DNA of 64,000 nt from Octopus vulgaris (lineage: Eukaryota), in NCBI GenBank assembly GCA_951406725.2, contig OX597817.1:73098001-73162000 (forward strand), in the 5' to 3' direction. Positions 51,723-62,956 of the stretch are shown here, in pieces. The notes beneath the pieces are model-generated. The model searched no databases. It saw only the letters and a program-made list of their open reading frames with translations, and had not been told where the DNA came from. Made by a program: the position numbers and the translations under genes. Numbering within the stretch: the stretch's first letter is position 1; each line of letters starts with the position of its first letter.

Positions 51723-54099
51723 AATATTTTATAAAATAAGTCTAATGGTATAAAACTATTTTGTATATGTAGCCTTGTCAAATGACAGCTAATGTCAATG
51801 CAGCCTTCTCCAACTTCTACTTTATATTTTTATCCCGAGTCTCTTGCTTTTGCACTATTTTTTCCCCTAACAGATAAGGGACTAAATTGCTCTAGATAAG
51901 CTACCAGTTGATGAATGGGTTAGCCTTGGACATCCCCATCTTTCTGTAGAACAAATCTTTCTTTGATTAATATCAGGTTTAATTTGAGGGAAATTTGACT
52001 GCTATTTCTAATAGGTTAAACAACCAAATAGAAGCTTCCTGTCTGTATAAGGTGACATGCTTATCTGTTGAACTTGTTTTAAAAAGCTATTGTGCTGAGG
52101 GTATTTATACATGGTTGTTTGACCTGCTAATGTAATTAGAAAGAAACAGTTGTAATTTATGAAATGTTTTCCATAATTACAATACAACTACAATGGAAGG
52201 AATGTTTTGAAATATGCTTTGATGATATGAAGTGTGTGTGTGTGAATGAGAGAGAGAAAACCTTATCTTAGTCTTGATAAGATGTAGGTTCATATATTCA
52301 ACTGTATACTCTTAGTAATATATAGAAATGTGAAAATGACTATTATATTTTGATGAAATCTCTTACCAAGAAGAAAGGCTAAATGATTTTTGAGAAGTAT
52401 TTTAATACAAAACATCAAGTTCCTTAAGCTATTTAACCACTAGAAAGAAAATTACATGCAATTCCATAGTTTGGGGCTGAAGGAAAAATTTGGAATGCTT
52501 TCCTTTTTTTTCTCTTTCTCTCTTTTTATCATCAGTCTGCCATCTGTATTTTCTATGCCTTATAAGATGAGTTTTGAATGTAATGATCTTTTTGAATGTA
52601 ATTTGAAGATAATGTCAATTCCATAGCATCTTTTTAATCTTGTATAAGCACTGTGTTTACATGGAAAAATTGCATGTGTGTGTGTATGCTTTTGTATGTT
52701 TTCACAATGTAAAAATGACACTTTAAAATCATCCCTGCCAATCAGCTCCAACAAGGGCAGATCACAGCAGACATATGTAGTGTTATGTTACATCTTTCTT
52801 CAGTAGCCTTGCTGGTTTTGAATGCAAATCAGATTTGCAATATGATACTGATAGTAATAAGAAAACAATTTTCTTTCTTAATAATAATAATAATAATAAT
52901 AATATTGATAATAATGATGATGAACAACAACAAATAAGTAACAAAAGTCAGTTTAAATATTTATTTGTTCTCTTTCTACTCATTTCACCCATCACTAAAT
53001 TTTTTTCCAGTATATTTTATGACATTAAAAATCCTGTTGTGTGTGTGTGTGTGTGCATGCATGCCCTCTAACACATTGATTAATGTGTAGGCATTAAAAT
53101 CTAATTGGCAATAACGTAGAGTGGTCGGTCATTACTGTTTCACCTTACTAGATGTAGTTGTATAATTTGTTTACCATATTAACAAGCATTAAGCTCAACA
53201 TAAATTTCACTCAACAGTAATTATAACCTTAACTTATAAACTCACTCACCACAAACAAACTTGGTTTCTGTAATCTCTCTCCCTCCTGCCACCACCCCCT
53301 CTCTCGCTCTCCCTATATATATATATATATTGCTTTTTTCCCCCTTTTACTTTCCTTTACTTTCTCTTTAACTGTATGTGTGTGATAGGCATAGACATTT
53401 TAGTAGTATGTACTTCCTGCCATCTCTGAATCTCTGTTTCATTATATATTCATTCTCTGTAACTATAAATTTGTTTACATAACTGTATAATTGGCTTCAT
53501 ATCCAAAGTACCCATCCCTTTGTAAAGCTAACTTGGGACTAAGCAACATTGGTTACATATTATTAGTTGAGATTTTCTGGTGGAAATCATTCTTAATGGT
53601 CAGTGTCCTCCTCCCCAATACAGCTTAGTGGTGAATGGAATTTTCACCAAATTCATGTATCTGTAATCTGCTTTAGACATGTCAGTCTTGGTTGGTCAGT
53701 AACTGATTTTTAATGCCTTTAAGAAAAGCATTTCCCCTCCCCTAAACTGGAGATGCATTCAATCCAAATCAAATTAAATCAGTTTCTCTTTTTCTTAAAT
53801 TTCTGTTCTCTCGATTTGAAGTTACATTTCTGTTTTAGTACTTCAGAAGTAAATACTTGGCAGACTGAACCTGCAGTCCATCCTTTTCATTCAATTTTTA
53901 GTAAAACCCTTGTGGACTGTATGAGCACAACTGAATTTCATTTGACCTTCAATGTAAATCTAAAGTTCCCTACTCTTTCACACATAACCTGTACATCCCC
54001 TGTAGGACTTGTGTGTGTATACACAGAAGCATGTATTGAATTCTTTTACTTTTGTTTGTTCCACCAAACCTTTCTCTCTCTCGTATAGATACACACACA

Positions 54100-54100
54100 C

Positions 54101-54158
<58 letters not shown>

Positions 54159-54162
54159 ATAA
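54100..54162. repeat. (TA)n microsatellite
   Basis: Long, nearly pure TA run preceded by (CA)n. Confidence 0.95.
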
Positions 54163-54355
54163 TATAATCACAAAATTATAAATGCACTTATCTATCCTGA
54201 AGACTTTTAGGGTAATATTTCTGATGACATACACTGGTACATTGTGGTTATGTGTTTGAATTAGTATTGAAATTATTCAAGATTTTTAGTTGTAATAAAA
54301 TTTCTCATTAACTCGGGATTTTGGAATGTAACTTAACAAATATTTTTATACAAAA

Positions 54356-54738
54356 CTAGCAGTATCGCCCGGCGTTGCTCAGGTTTGTAAGGGAAATAAC
54401 TATAAAGCATTTTTAGAGAGTTATAGCCAAAAAATAGCCAAAAAATGGAAAAAAATGATGGTATATTTTTTTGAGAGTTAAAAAAGGTGGAGTTGCGTCC
54501 CCTAGACAGTTTGTGGTTTGTGTTTCTGATTCTCGACCCCATGTCGAATTTATCGATTTTTTTCAGAACTGGGGGAACTTTACAAAATTTTCGCTGCGTT
54601 AGTTTTGAATTATGACATTGGGCTATGTGTGTGTCAAGTTTCATCAGAATCGGTTGAAAGCCGTGGTCAGGGTGAGGGTACAAGCAAACAGACACACAGA
54701 AACACGCACAGACAAACTGCCGTTTATATATAGAGAGA
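54356..54738 (-). mobile_element. Non-autonomous Helitron, copy 1 (383 bp)
   Basis: The minus strand begins TCTCTCTATATATAAA and ends CCTGAGCAACGCCGGG-CGATACTG-CTAG (GC hairpin, then CTAG). It is inserted between A and T with no TSD. CpG-rich and nearly identical to 57404-57775. Confidence 0.88.
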
Positions 54739-55483
54739 TTATGATGAAAAGTTTTAAGTTTTCAATATGAAGACTTTAGTATTAGAAGTTTTTTAAATAA
54801 AAGAACCAGTGGCAGCCCAAAGCAGCTGGAGTGAAACAGATAACTCCTCCAAAAATAGTTGAAATTTCAATAGCTTCAAATTGATATTGTCCTTGTTCAT
54901 CTTGTTTCCTCTGTCGGGTTTATATGAAAGAAACACTAGCTTTGTGACTGATAATGAGCATTTGGATAGTGCTATGAAATCAGCTGTAACAAGGGAGGTA
55001 TTTTTAAGGTTATATATTTGTGAAAGAATTTAATGCATAACACTATTGTTGTGGCTAATGAGGAATATATATGCATTTAAATTGGCTCAGATATTCTACC
55101 ACTTTTATGTTCAATCCAGCCAGACCTGACTTCTCACACCTGCCTTACAATGTCATTCTAAAAATAAACAACCATATAACCAGTATCTCAAAGCTATGAA
55201 TAGTTGCCACTAGGATTAGTTACCAAAGCTCCGTCATTTAATGGTCTACAATCTTTAGAAGCAGGTGCACATCAGATATTATATGCTTCATAAATAAAAT
55301 TAAAAAATGGGTTGAATCATGAACAGGACAGTCAACTGGGTCACAATTGATGTGGGGCTAAACAACTTTGCAAGACTAAGTTATGTTTTCTCTTTCAGAA
55401 CTTTTTTCTTTCTCTTTTCATTTTATGATTTACAGATCTTTGTACATGTGAGGTTGTGCATGCACACACTCACATATATATAT

Positions 55484-55650
55484 ATGGCACAGTATGGTTA
55501 AGAATTTTGTGTTGCTATCTTGAAGTCTTGGGCTTGGTCCCACTGCGTGATACCTTGGCAAGTGTCATTTTCTGTAGCCACAGGTTAATCTATACTTTGT
55601 GATATTAACAGTATGGTGGTAGGGTGCAACAGGAACTTCATAGAAGCCCA
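55484..55650 (+). mobile_element. CORE-type tRNA SINE 5' half, old
   Basis: TGGCACAGTATGGTTAAGAA...GGTCCCACTGCGTGATACCTTGGCAAGTGTC matches the family head and core. Confidence 0.6.
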
Positions 55651-56461
55651 TCAGATAGATTGTAACTAAAATTCAAAGGTACACGTCTGTGGAATACTCA
55701 GCCACTTACATGCTAATCCAGTGAGCTTCGTAGTTTAGTTGATTGAATGGATGGAATTCTAAGATCCATTTATTTTATAAATCACATTGCGATTTTCAGC
55801 ATTAGGTCACAGCCACACAGTGTATTGCATGTTGTTCATTTTGCTTGTAAAGTTCTTTTGGTTGCTATGTTATGTCAGCTCATTAAGCACTTACAAGTGC
55901 CTATCTCCTAGATATACCTCCTAAAGTAACAGCTAGCATTAAGAAAATAAAATGGACAGAAAGTGGGAATATGAAAGGTATGTGTATTAAAATGAAATGT
56001 GAATCTAATTAATTTTTATCACTTTCAGCATTTCAGGCCTTTTGATGTCAATGTAAATGTTAGAACTTGAAAGAGTTTTAAAAAGCATCTTTTGGGTTTT
56101 TTTTTCTTTTTGTAAATTGCAAGGCAGTTGCAAGACTGCTCTCTTAGGTCAGGTGTTCTGATAAATTCTATACATTGATCTTTAAAAACCATATCAATTT
56201 AAAGCTCATATTCTTTCATAACTAACCTAGTTGGAAATAAATTATTTTTGCTATCTCCAGTCAAATACATGAACTTTTTCAGTTTTCTTTTATTTTCTTT
56301 TTAAATATTTCCTTATAATTAAAATAGGATTTTGTTGAATTTATTTTATGTTTTATTGAGGTTTTGGTTTTGTTAGATAACCATCATTATTATTAGTATT
56401 TTGTAAGATGACCTTTATAATTTGTTTGCAATTCTAACTTGTGCTGTTTACTATTCTACAG

Positions 56462-57171
56462 CCCATGTATTTCCAAGCAAGCCAACAGCAAAGGATCTCC
56501 TGAACCAGCCTCTCAATCAATTTACGGATTACACTCCATTTTTGACGGATTGGCTCTTAATAATGAGCGGACCAAAACTGCTGCAGGTCAGGTGGGGTTG
56601 TCTAGTTCTACTGCCCATTCAGGGTTACTGCCACCTCTCATAGACCGCCCTTACACACCCATCCTGTCCTGTAGCACAGCCAGTGTCAGCAATGCGGTCA
56701 ACTGTGCGTTGATCTCATCATCATCGTCATCATCATCATCATGTAAAGACTCACAAAACTTTGACTACAACTGCAACAAGGAAACAGTAACACATTGCAA
56801 ATGGAAAAACTGTGATATCGTCTTGGACCCCGACTTGCTTATGGCACATATTCGTGAGAAACATGTTGAGAGTCAAGAAGGTAGTGAAACATATGTATGC
56901 TTTTGGGATGGTTGTAAGGTGTATGCGAAACGCTCTTGCTCCATGTCATGGCTTGAGCGGCACATTCTCAGTCACAGTGGCGACAAGCCATTCAAATGCA
57001 TTGTTGATGGCTGCGATATGCGTTTCCCATCACATCATGGTCTTGAAAGACACGTTAATAGCCATTTTAACACACAACAGCCTACTGCTCCCAAACCACC
57101 TAAGTTAAGGGAAGATACTCCAACCAAATTATGGAAAAAGAAGAAAATGAAGAGGAAAAGACCTCAATTGG
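56462..57171 (+). CDS. AEBP2: Internal coding exon of zinc finger protein AEBP2 / jing (PRC2.2 cofactor): three C2H2 fingers plus KR basic motif
   Basis: Acceptor TTTACTATTCTACAG|C and donor TTGG|GTAAGT; 710 nt, phase 2 to phase 1. Fingers are CKWKNC..HIREKH, CFWDGCKVY..SCSMSWLERHILSH and SGDKPFKCIVDGCDMRFPSHHGLERHVNSHF, followed by KKKKMKRKRP. The CxWxGCKVY..S.S.SWL.RH and KPFKC.V.GC..F....GL.RHV..HF blocks are diagnostic of AEBP2/jing. Confidence 0.95.
56715..56741 (+). repeat. Coding (TCA)n repeat encoding Ser9
   Basis: TCA TCA TCA TCG TCA TCA TCA TCA TCA, in frame just upstream of finger 1. Confidence 0.95.
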
Positions 57172-57403
57172 GTAAGTTTAAAAATTAGTTTTATTATAAT
57201 TTTCTTTTAGCTTTAATTTACCTCTCGTCATAACAGTTGTATTTTTTTTTTGTTGTCTCTTCCAGTCTTTTTTCATTTCAGGATTTTTTTCACATTTTGA
57301 CAATTTGTCTTTTGTTCTTGTGGAATTTGTCTGGTGCTTTGGAGAGTTGTTGTAACAGCATAGTTTTTTTAGTTATTGGTTGAGATTTAAATATATATAT
57401 ATA

Positions 57404-57775
57404 CTAGCAGTATCGCCCGGCGTTGCTCAGGTTTGTAAGGAAATAACTATAAAGCATTTTTAGAGAGTTATAGCCAAAAAATAGGAAAAAAATGATGGTA
57501 AATTTTTTTTGATAGTTAAAAAGGTGGAGTTGCGTCCCCTACACAGTTTGTGGTTTGTGTTCCTGATTCTCGACCCCATGTCGAATTTATCTATTTTTTT
57601 CAGAACTGGGGGAACTTATCAAAATTTTCGCTGCGTTAGTTTTGAATTATGACATTGGGCTATGTGTGTGTCAAGTTTCATCAGAATCGGTTGAAAGCCG
57701 TGGTGAGGATGAGGGTACAAGCAAACAGACACACAGAAACACGCACAGACAAACTGCCGTTTATATAGAGAGAGA
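57404..57775 (-). mobile_element. Non-autonomous Helitron, copy 2 (372 bp)
   Basis: Same TC start, hairpin and CTAG end as copy 1. Inserted in an (AT)n run 232 bp downstream of the AEBP2 donor site. Confidence 0.88.
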
Positions 57776-59765
57776 TATATCAGTTCTGTAACTTCAAAAC
57801 ATCTGTTTGGTCCAGGAATTTTCCTTGCAGCTAATTCTTCAATTTCTTACGTAAAATAGTCATTGTAGTTTTTTAATATTGACATTATTTTCTGATTTTT
57901 TATATTTGTATTTCGGGTGAAAGTATTTTCATATTTTTTTGTTTCTGTTCACTTGAATAACGAAACTAAAGAGATTTTTTTAGACAGAATTATTGAAATA
58001 CTGGTGGCATACGCATAAGTTCGAATAGCCATTGTTTTGTATCACCTTTTCCCCTAAAGAACAGTTTCTTCTTGTGTCTTCAAGTAGTTACCTCAACAAG
58101 ATAAATTAAATGCTCTGTTTCCTGTTGACTACTCAGGTAGAAAGAAAATAACAACACAGAGAGTTAAACATTTGCAAGAAAATTATCATAGAATAAGTGG
58201 ACGTAAACTAGCATTTTTATTTTTTAATCATTCTTAAAAAAGGAGAATGCATTGATATTTATTCCCCACTTGTTTTTTTATTTTCCACCTGTGTTAATAC
58301 ATGCTCTCTTTGAGGCGATAAATGATCCTCTTCATGGTGGTCCAACTTGGAAGAAAGATGAACTTCCTCAAATCCTGCTTTATTATATGGGATATGTAAA
58401 TATAAAGGCCACATTGGATAATGTAATCCTAGATATATATGAAAAAATTGGTGAGATTGTCAAGGTAGGAGCATTTTTCGTTATAGGTCTGCTCCATCAC
58501 AGCTAAACAATAACATCTTTCCTCTGCCTAAATTTTCCAGAAGAAATCAATACAAATATTAATCGTTATCCTATGTTTATGACTTACTGCTAGTTATTAA
58601 TAATACTTGAAGCAACAGTATAATTTAAAAGATGGAATATTTCATAGAATCAACCATTATTTTTGCTCAGCAAAAAAGAAAACACAAAAAAAGCAATAAT
58701 CTTGATATTTTTATTTCATATATTTTATAAAATTCCATGTTTTGCTTTGAGTAAATTCTTTCAGGTTATTTTATATTAATTCCTGAAGCAATAACAATAC
58801 AATGCTCTCACATTGTTGCTTTATTTTACTCATATCTAAAGGGCAGTAGAGCATTGAAAATGTTGCAGGGTTTGTGATATGTAGTTACATCCTTTTACAT
58901 CACTTCATTTCACTTCAAATGATAAATATAATTACTAGTAATGCAGTTGGGATATTTCGGTTCAATTTAATTGATCACTATAAAGTTTTGGTCTTGTCGT
59001 AATGTAAGAGACAATATGTTGATTATAGTGAAAGATCAGTGGAGTGGCAAAAATGGTAGAGCAATGATCATAACAGTATTTAGCTTTGTACATTGATATT
59101 CTTTCAAATTCCACCACTATTGACTTTGATTTTCATCCCTTTGAGATCCATAAAATAAATACTAGAAGTTTGGAAGAGATGCACTTACAACTTAAGATCT
59201 AGTTTGTGTCTAACCCTTTTGCATCATTTCACATATGCCACTTATCTAATGTTCTTCGAATTGACATGAACATCACATCCCATTCACATTTTACTGCAGA
59301 TTTGAAGTTTTGTATTCTTATGGCAGTTGTGGTGATCAATAAGAAGTAACCTTGCAGTATGCCAAGAATTTTACCTGGTTTCATTACTTGGTATAAGATC
59401 TTTATGCTAGCCATGCATTTGATAGTGTCATTAATGTTCCCCAGAATCATTCCTTTCGCTCCAGATTTTTAATTATTGTTCTTAGCACCATGCTGTACTC
59501 CATTTAAAAACTCATTCCAGCCTTGACCATCCCGTTTTGTTATGTTTTATTTAGGCATAGTACATATATGATCGCATTATTTACAGTATTGGTCTTTTTT
59601 TAATTTCTTTAACACAATATAGCATTCTTTGACAGGTATTTAGTTGTTATTTTTCGGATTGAGTTACTGCATAGAAGCTTAGAAATTCGTCATAAGTTAG
59701 CCGTGTTTTTCATAGAATTGTCTCCATTCATACATTGCTTTTTACATTTTCTTCAGAGTTCTATA

Positions 59766-60060
59766 TAGGCAGAGGTGTGGCTGTGTGATAAGAAGTTTGC
59801 TCCCCAACCACATTGTTCTGGGTTCAGTCCCACTGCATGACACTTTGGACAGGTGTTTTCTGCTATAGCCTTGGGCCAACCAAAGCCTTGTGAGTGGATT
59901 TAGTAGATGGAAATTGAAAGAAGCTTGTTATGTGTGTGCATGGCGGGTGGTGGTGGTAAAAAATACTGAGGTCAATTTATTCAACCAAAAACCCATTCAT
60001 GATGATAACCCCATCATGGCAGCAGTCTAATGACAGAAACAAATTGAAGATAATAAAATA
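59766..60060 (+). mobile_element. CORE-type tRNA SINE (octopus OR-like), best preserved copy
   Basis: A box GTGGCTGTGTGATAAG and B box GGGTTCAGTCCC, then GCCTTGGGCCAACCAAAGCCTTGTGAGTGGATTTAGTAGATGGAAATTGAAAGAAGC, (TG)n and the 3' block CAGTCTAATGACAGAAAC. Confidence 0.8.
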
Positions 60061-61016
60061 TATTTAGTGAGTTCTCTTACTAAAAATATAATATTTAAAA
60101 GATAGTCAAGATAGTTTTTTTTTTTATTCACTTTCTTTCTCTTTAGATCACAAATGGATATATTGAAGGCAGGGTGGGGAGATACAGGTGGTATCCAGTT
60201 TCTTTGAATGAGAAGTTTTGAATCTTCATCTGTTGCATAATATTTCATCTAATATATGTCCATCCTCCTTGTCATCAACTTAAAAACTCATCACTCTTGC
60301 TCTCATTACCAATCATTACAAGTATTATATTTTTCTTTTATTACCATTATTAATTCAATTGAAAATATCTAATCAATAAACCTGTTTCCAATGTAAACCT
60401 GACCCTAAAAGACTATCAGGTTGTGCACTTAGTGCACTTTTTCTCTCTTGTGTATTGTTGTTGTTTTTTTTATTATTATTATTGTTACTGTTGTTATCTG
60501 TTGTAGTATTTCTGACAGCTTAATATTGATTCTTCAGAACTCTATTTTTCAGAATTTTATAGCAATATTGGTTAATGTACTGTTCCTACATAAAGATGCA
60601 TAGTTCCTTTTTCTTTGTCCGCTTGAACAATAAGGAACACTTTTGTGTTTTTGTTGTTTCATTATTTAATATCAGTTTTAATATTTTTACATATATATAA
60701 ATGTTCACAAATGCAAAGAAAAAAAGACTACACTACATATAAAGTTAATTATTATTCATCGACTCCATTGCTACTCTGAGTTTCATGCTTGTGCTTGTCT
60801 GATACTTGAGACAGATATATGCATGAAAATGATTATACACAATTGTAAAACTCCATGTAGGAATGGGAATCCTTAGCTCCAAATTTTGTTACAAACTGCA
60901 ATAGGCTTCAATTTTACACAAGATTGAAACGCATTGTTGTTTGTAGTGAAATAATTTAATTTTATTCTTGGGGTATTATCATTTTGAGTACTTACTTGGC
61001 AGTGGCCAACTAGTAA

Positions 61017-61056
<40 letters not shown>

Positions 61057-62784
61057 AAAAATAGAATCTTTTCACTCATCTCATAAATACAGAGAAATGA
61101 AGATGAAAATCACTTGTAGTCTTTAAAAAAAAGATTTATTTGCATTAACTTAACTGCTACCACTATTTCAAAAACAGTAAAAGATATAGGGATATGGGAC
61201 TCTACAGTAACTTTCTCACTTCTCAGAAACCAGTTCGGTTAATGTAAATATATCTTCTCAAAGACCCCAGTTGCATTTAAAACTTCATTTATATAGATAT
61301 ATGAACTGTCACTCCATTCCCATGAATTCTCTGTATAAAACTGCTGTGTCACTCATGTTATTACATTCAACAACTGGTTCTTTTAAATTCTTTTGAGATC
61401 TCATGTCTAATAGAACTACTACACTGTGATCATACATTCAAGTAAATTTTCAAAATAATGAAGCATTTAAATTACTTCAGAAGTGTAGACTGCAACAGGT
61501 GCCAATTAAATGCTAAGTGTTCCTTCATATTGTCAGAAGAATTTTTTTTTTTTTCATAAAAAAAATCCAAATATTGTTAATTTTAGATTTTTTTTTCTTC
61601 AGTTTAAAAAGGTGACTGAGTAATGTAAACCAGCATGTATAGTAAAATTGAGGTGCACAAACAGCATGACCACCACTATCAGAACCTAATAAATATTGAG
61701 TCACCATGGAACCCAATATACAGCTGGCTGTTCAGTCTGCTAGAAACAGTGCCTAGTTCTCTCTCAAAGCTTGAATATCTTTGATCATAGCCTAATTGTT
61801 CTGTTCTGGCTTGGAGAAAACAACTGGTATGCATAAACAGATTGGACAATGGTGTTAATAAAAGCACTACTTTCCCAAACCCAATACTCAGCATCCCCAA
61901 AAGACAAAGCATTGCATGTCATGACATTCCAAAAAGTCTTCAACTAAGTGGAAACATGACAAAGAAAACTAGAATCCAAAGAAATCAGTGATATCTTGTA
62001 TCTATATTGAAAGACTCTACTTCAAGTCCCAAAAGTCACCCCTCTTTACAGAACACAAACTTATGTTTTCAGAACCTCATTGATATTGGTGGAGGAGCAT
62101 AATATATCAAAAACAGAATTACTAGGTGTACAGTACATTAACTACATGGACATTTTGTTCGATGAAGAGATCCAGCATCTATCCTCAAGCTTTTTATACA
62201 CTAAACTGACAACAAAGCTATACTTCCCTGTGCATTGATTGACTCAGTAGATAGTGCATTTAAGAGATTATAAAATTGTTGTAATGATTTATTTGATAAA
62301 TTCTGTTATCTTGACAATCTAATTAGTTTTGCCTGTATGGTTACCAGTTGTTGTTGTTGTAGTTGTTTGTAGTAGTAGTAGTGTAATCAAAATTTAATGT
62401 TTTGGAGCTGTTTAGAATAACTCTTTCTTTTTAAATAGTGAAGAATCTCTTCATCTAGTTATCTCTCTCTGAATAAATAAACTTTTAAGTTTTACACTCA
62501 TTGTATGTACATGCACATGCATGCATTCTTTTACTGGTTTTTGTCATTTGACAGTGGCCATGCTGGGGCACTAAATAAAAGTATATCATCACAATCACAT
62601 TGATCTTGTAATTTATTCTTGCCTACCTAATTATTTTGTTAATCTGTGCATCAAGCCACTAAGTTATAGGACGTAAAATGAACCAATGTGAACAATCACA
62701 TCAAATAAACAAGTCTTATAAATATATAACATATAGTTTGTAATACTATACACATGTATATAGGTCTGTGTGTAGATAGATGAC

Positions 62785-62956
62785 AGCGGCATGTAAACAG
62801 CACCCAGCACGTTGATTGGCATTAGGAAGGGCATCCAACCATAGAAACCATGCCACAACAGACAGTTGGACAGAGGGTAACACCCTGTTAGCCAATTCTA
62901 TGTCAAACTGTCCAACCCATGTCAGCTTGGAAGTGGATGTTAAATGATGATGATAA
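62785..62956 (+). mobile_element. RTE-type 3' tail element (5'-truncated LINE or partner SINE)
   Basis: TTGGCATTAGGAAGGGCATCCAACCATAGAAAC...TCCAACCCATGTCAGC...GGATGTTAAATGATGATGAT is homologous to 39965-40123. Other copies lie at about 7980, 15235, 15800, 20735, 27575, 29100 and 49460. Confidence 0.75.

Noticed and set aside
54333-54695. 120-aa minus-strand ORF
   Set aside because: Lies almost entirely within the non-autonomous Helitron, has no Rep or helicase motif, and indels break it in copy 2.
56439-56461. ORF-track start (MCCLLFY) and end (GKFKN, 57172-57188) of the 249-aa ORF
   Set aside because: The start is a TTG inside the polypyrimidine tract and the end runs through the GTAAGT donor. 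Both are intronic read-through, so this is an exon and not a single-exon gene.
56812-57108. 98-aa overlapping ORF (also 56422-56643)
   Set aside because: Alternative frames of the AEBP2 exon with no recognisable motif.
57955-58020. GATTTTTTT segment resembling the AEBP2 DFFD motif
   Set aside because: Reads DFFR with nearby stops and lacks a suitable phase-1 acceptor. The true next exon is probably outside the window.
59766-59840. tRNA-like A and B boxes (also at 4655 and 37422)
   Set aside because: These are SINE heads that continue into core and tail sequence, and no cloverleaf could be built. They are not tRNA genes.
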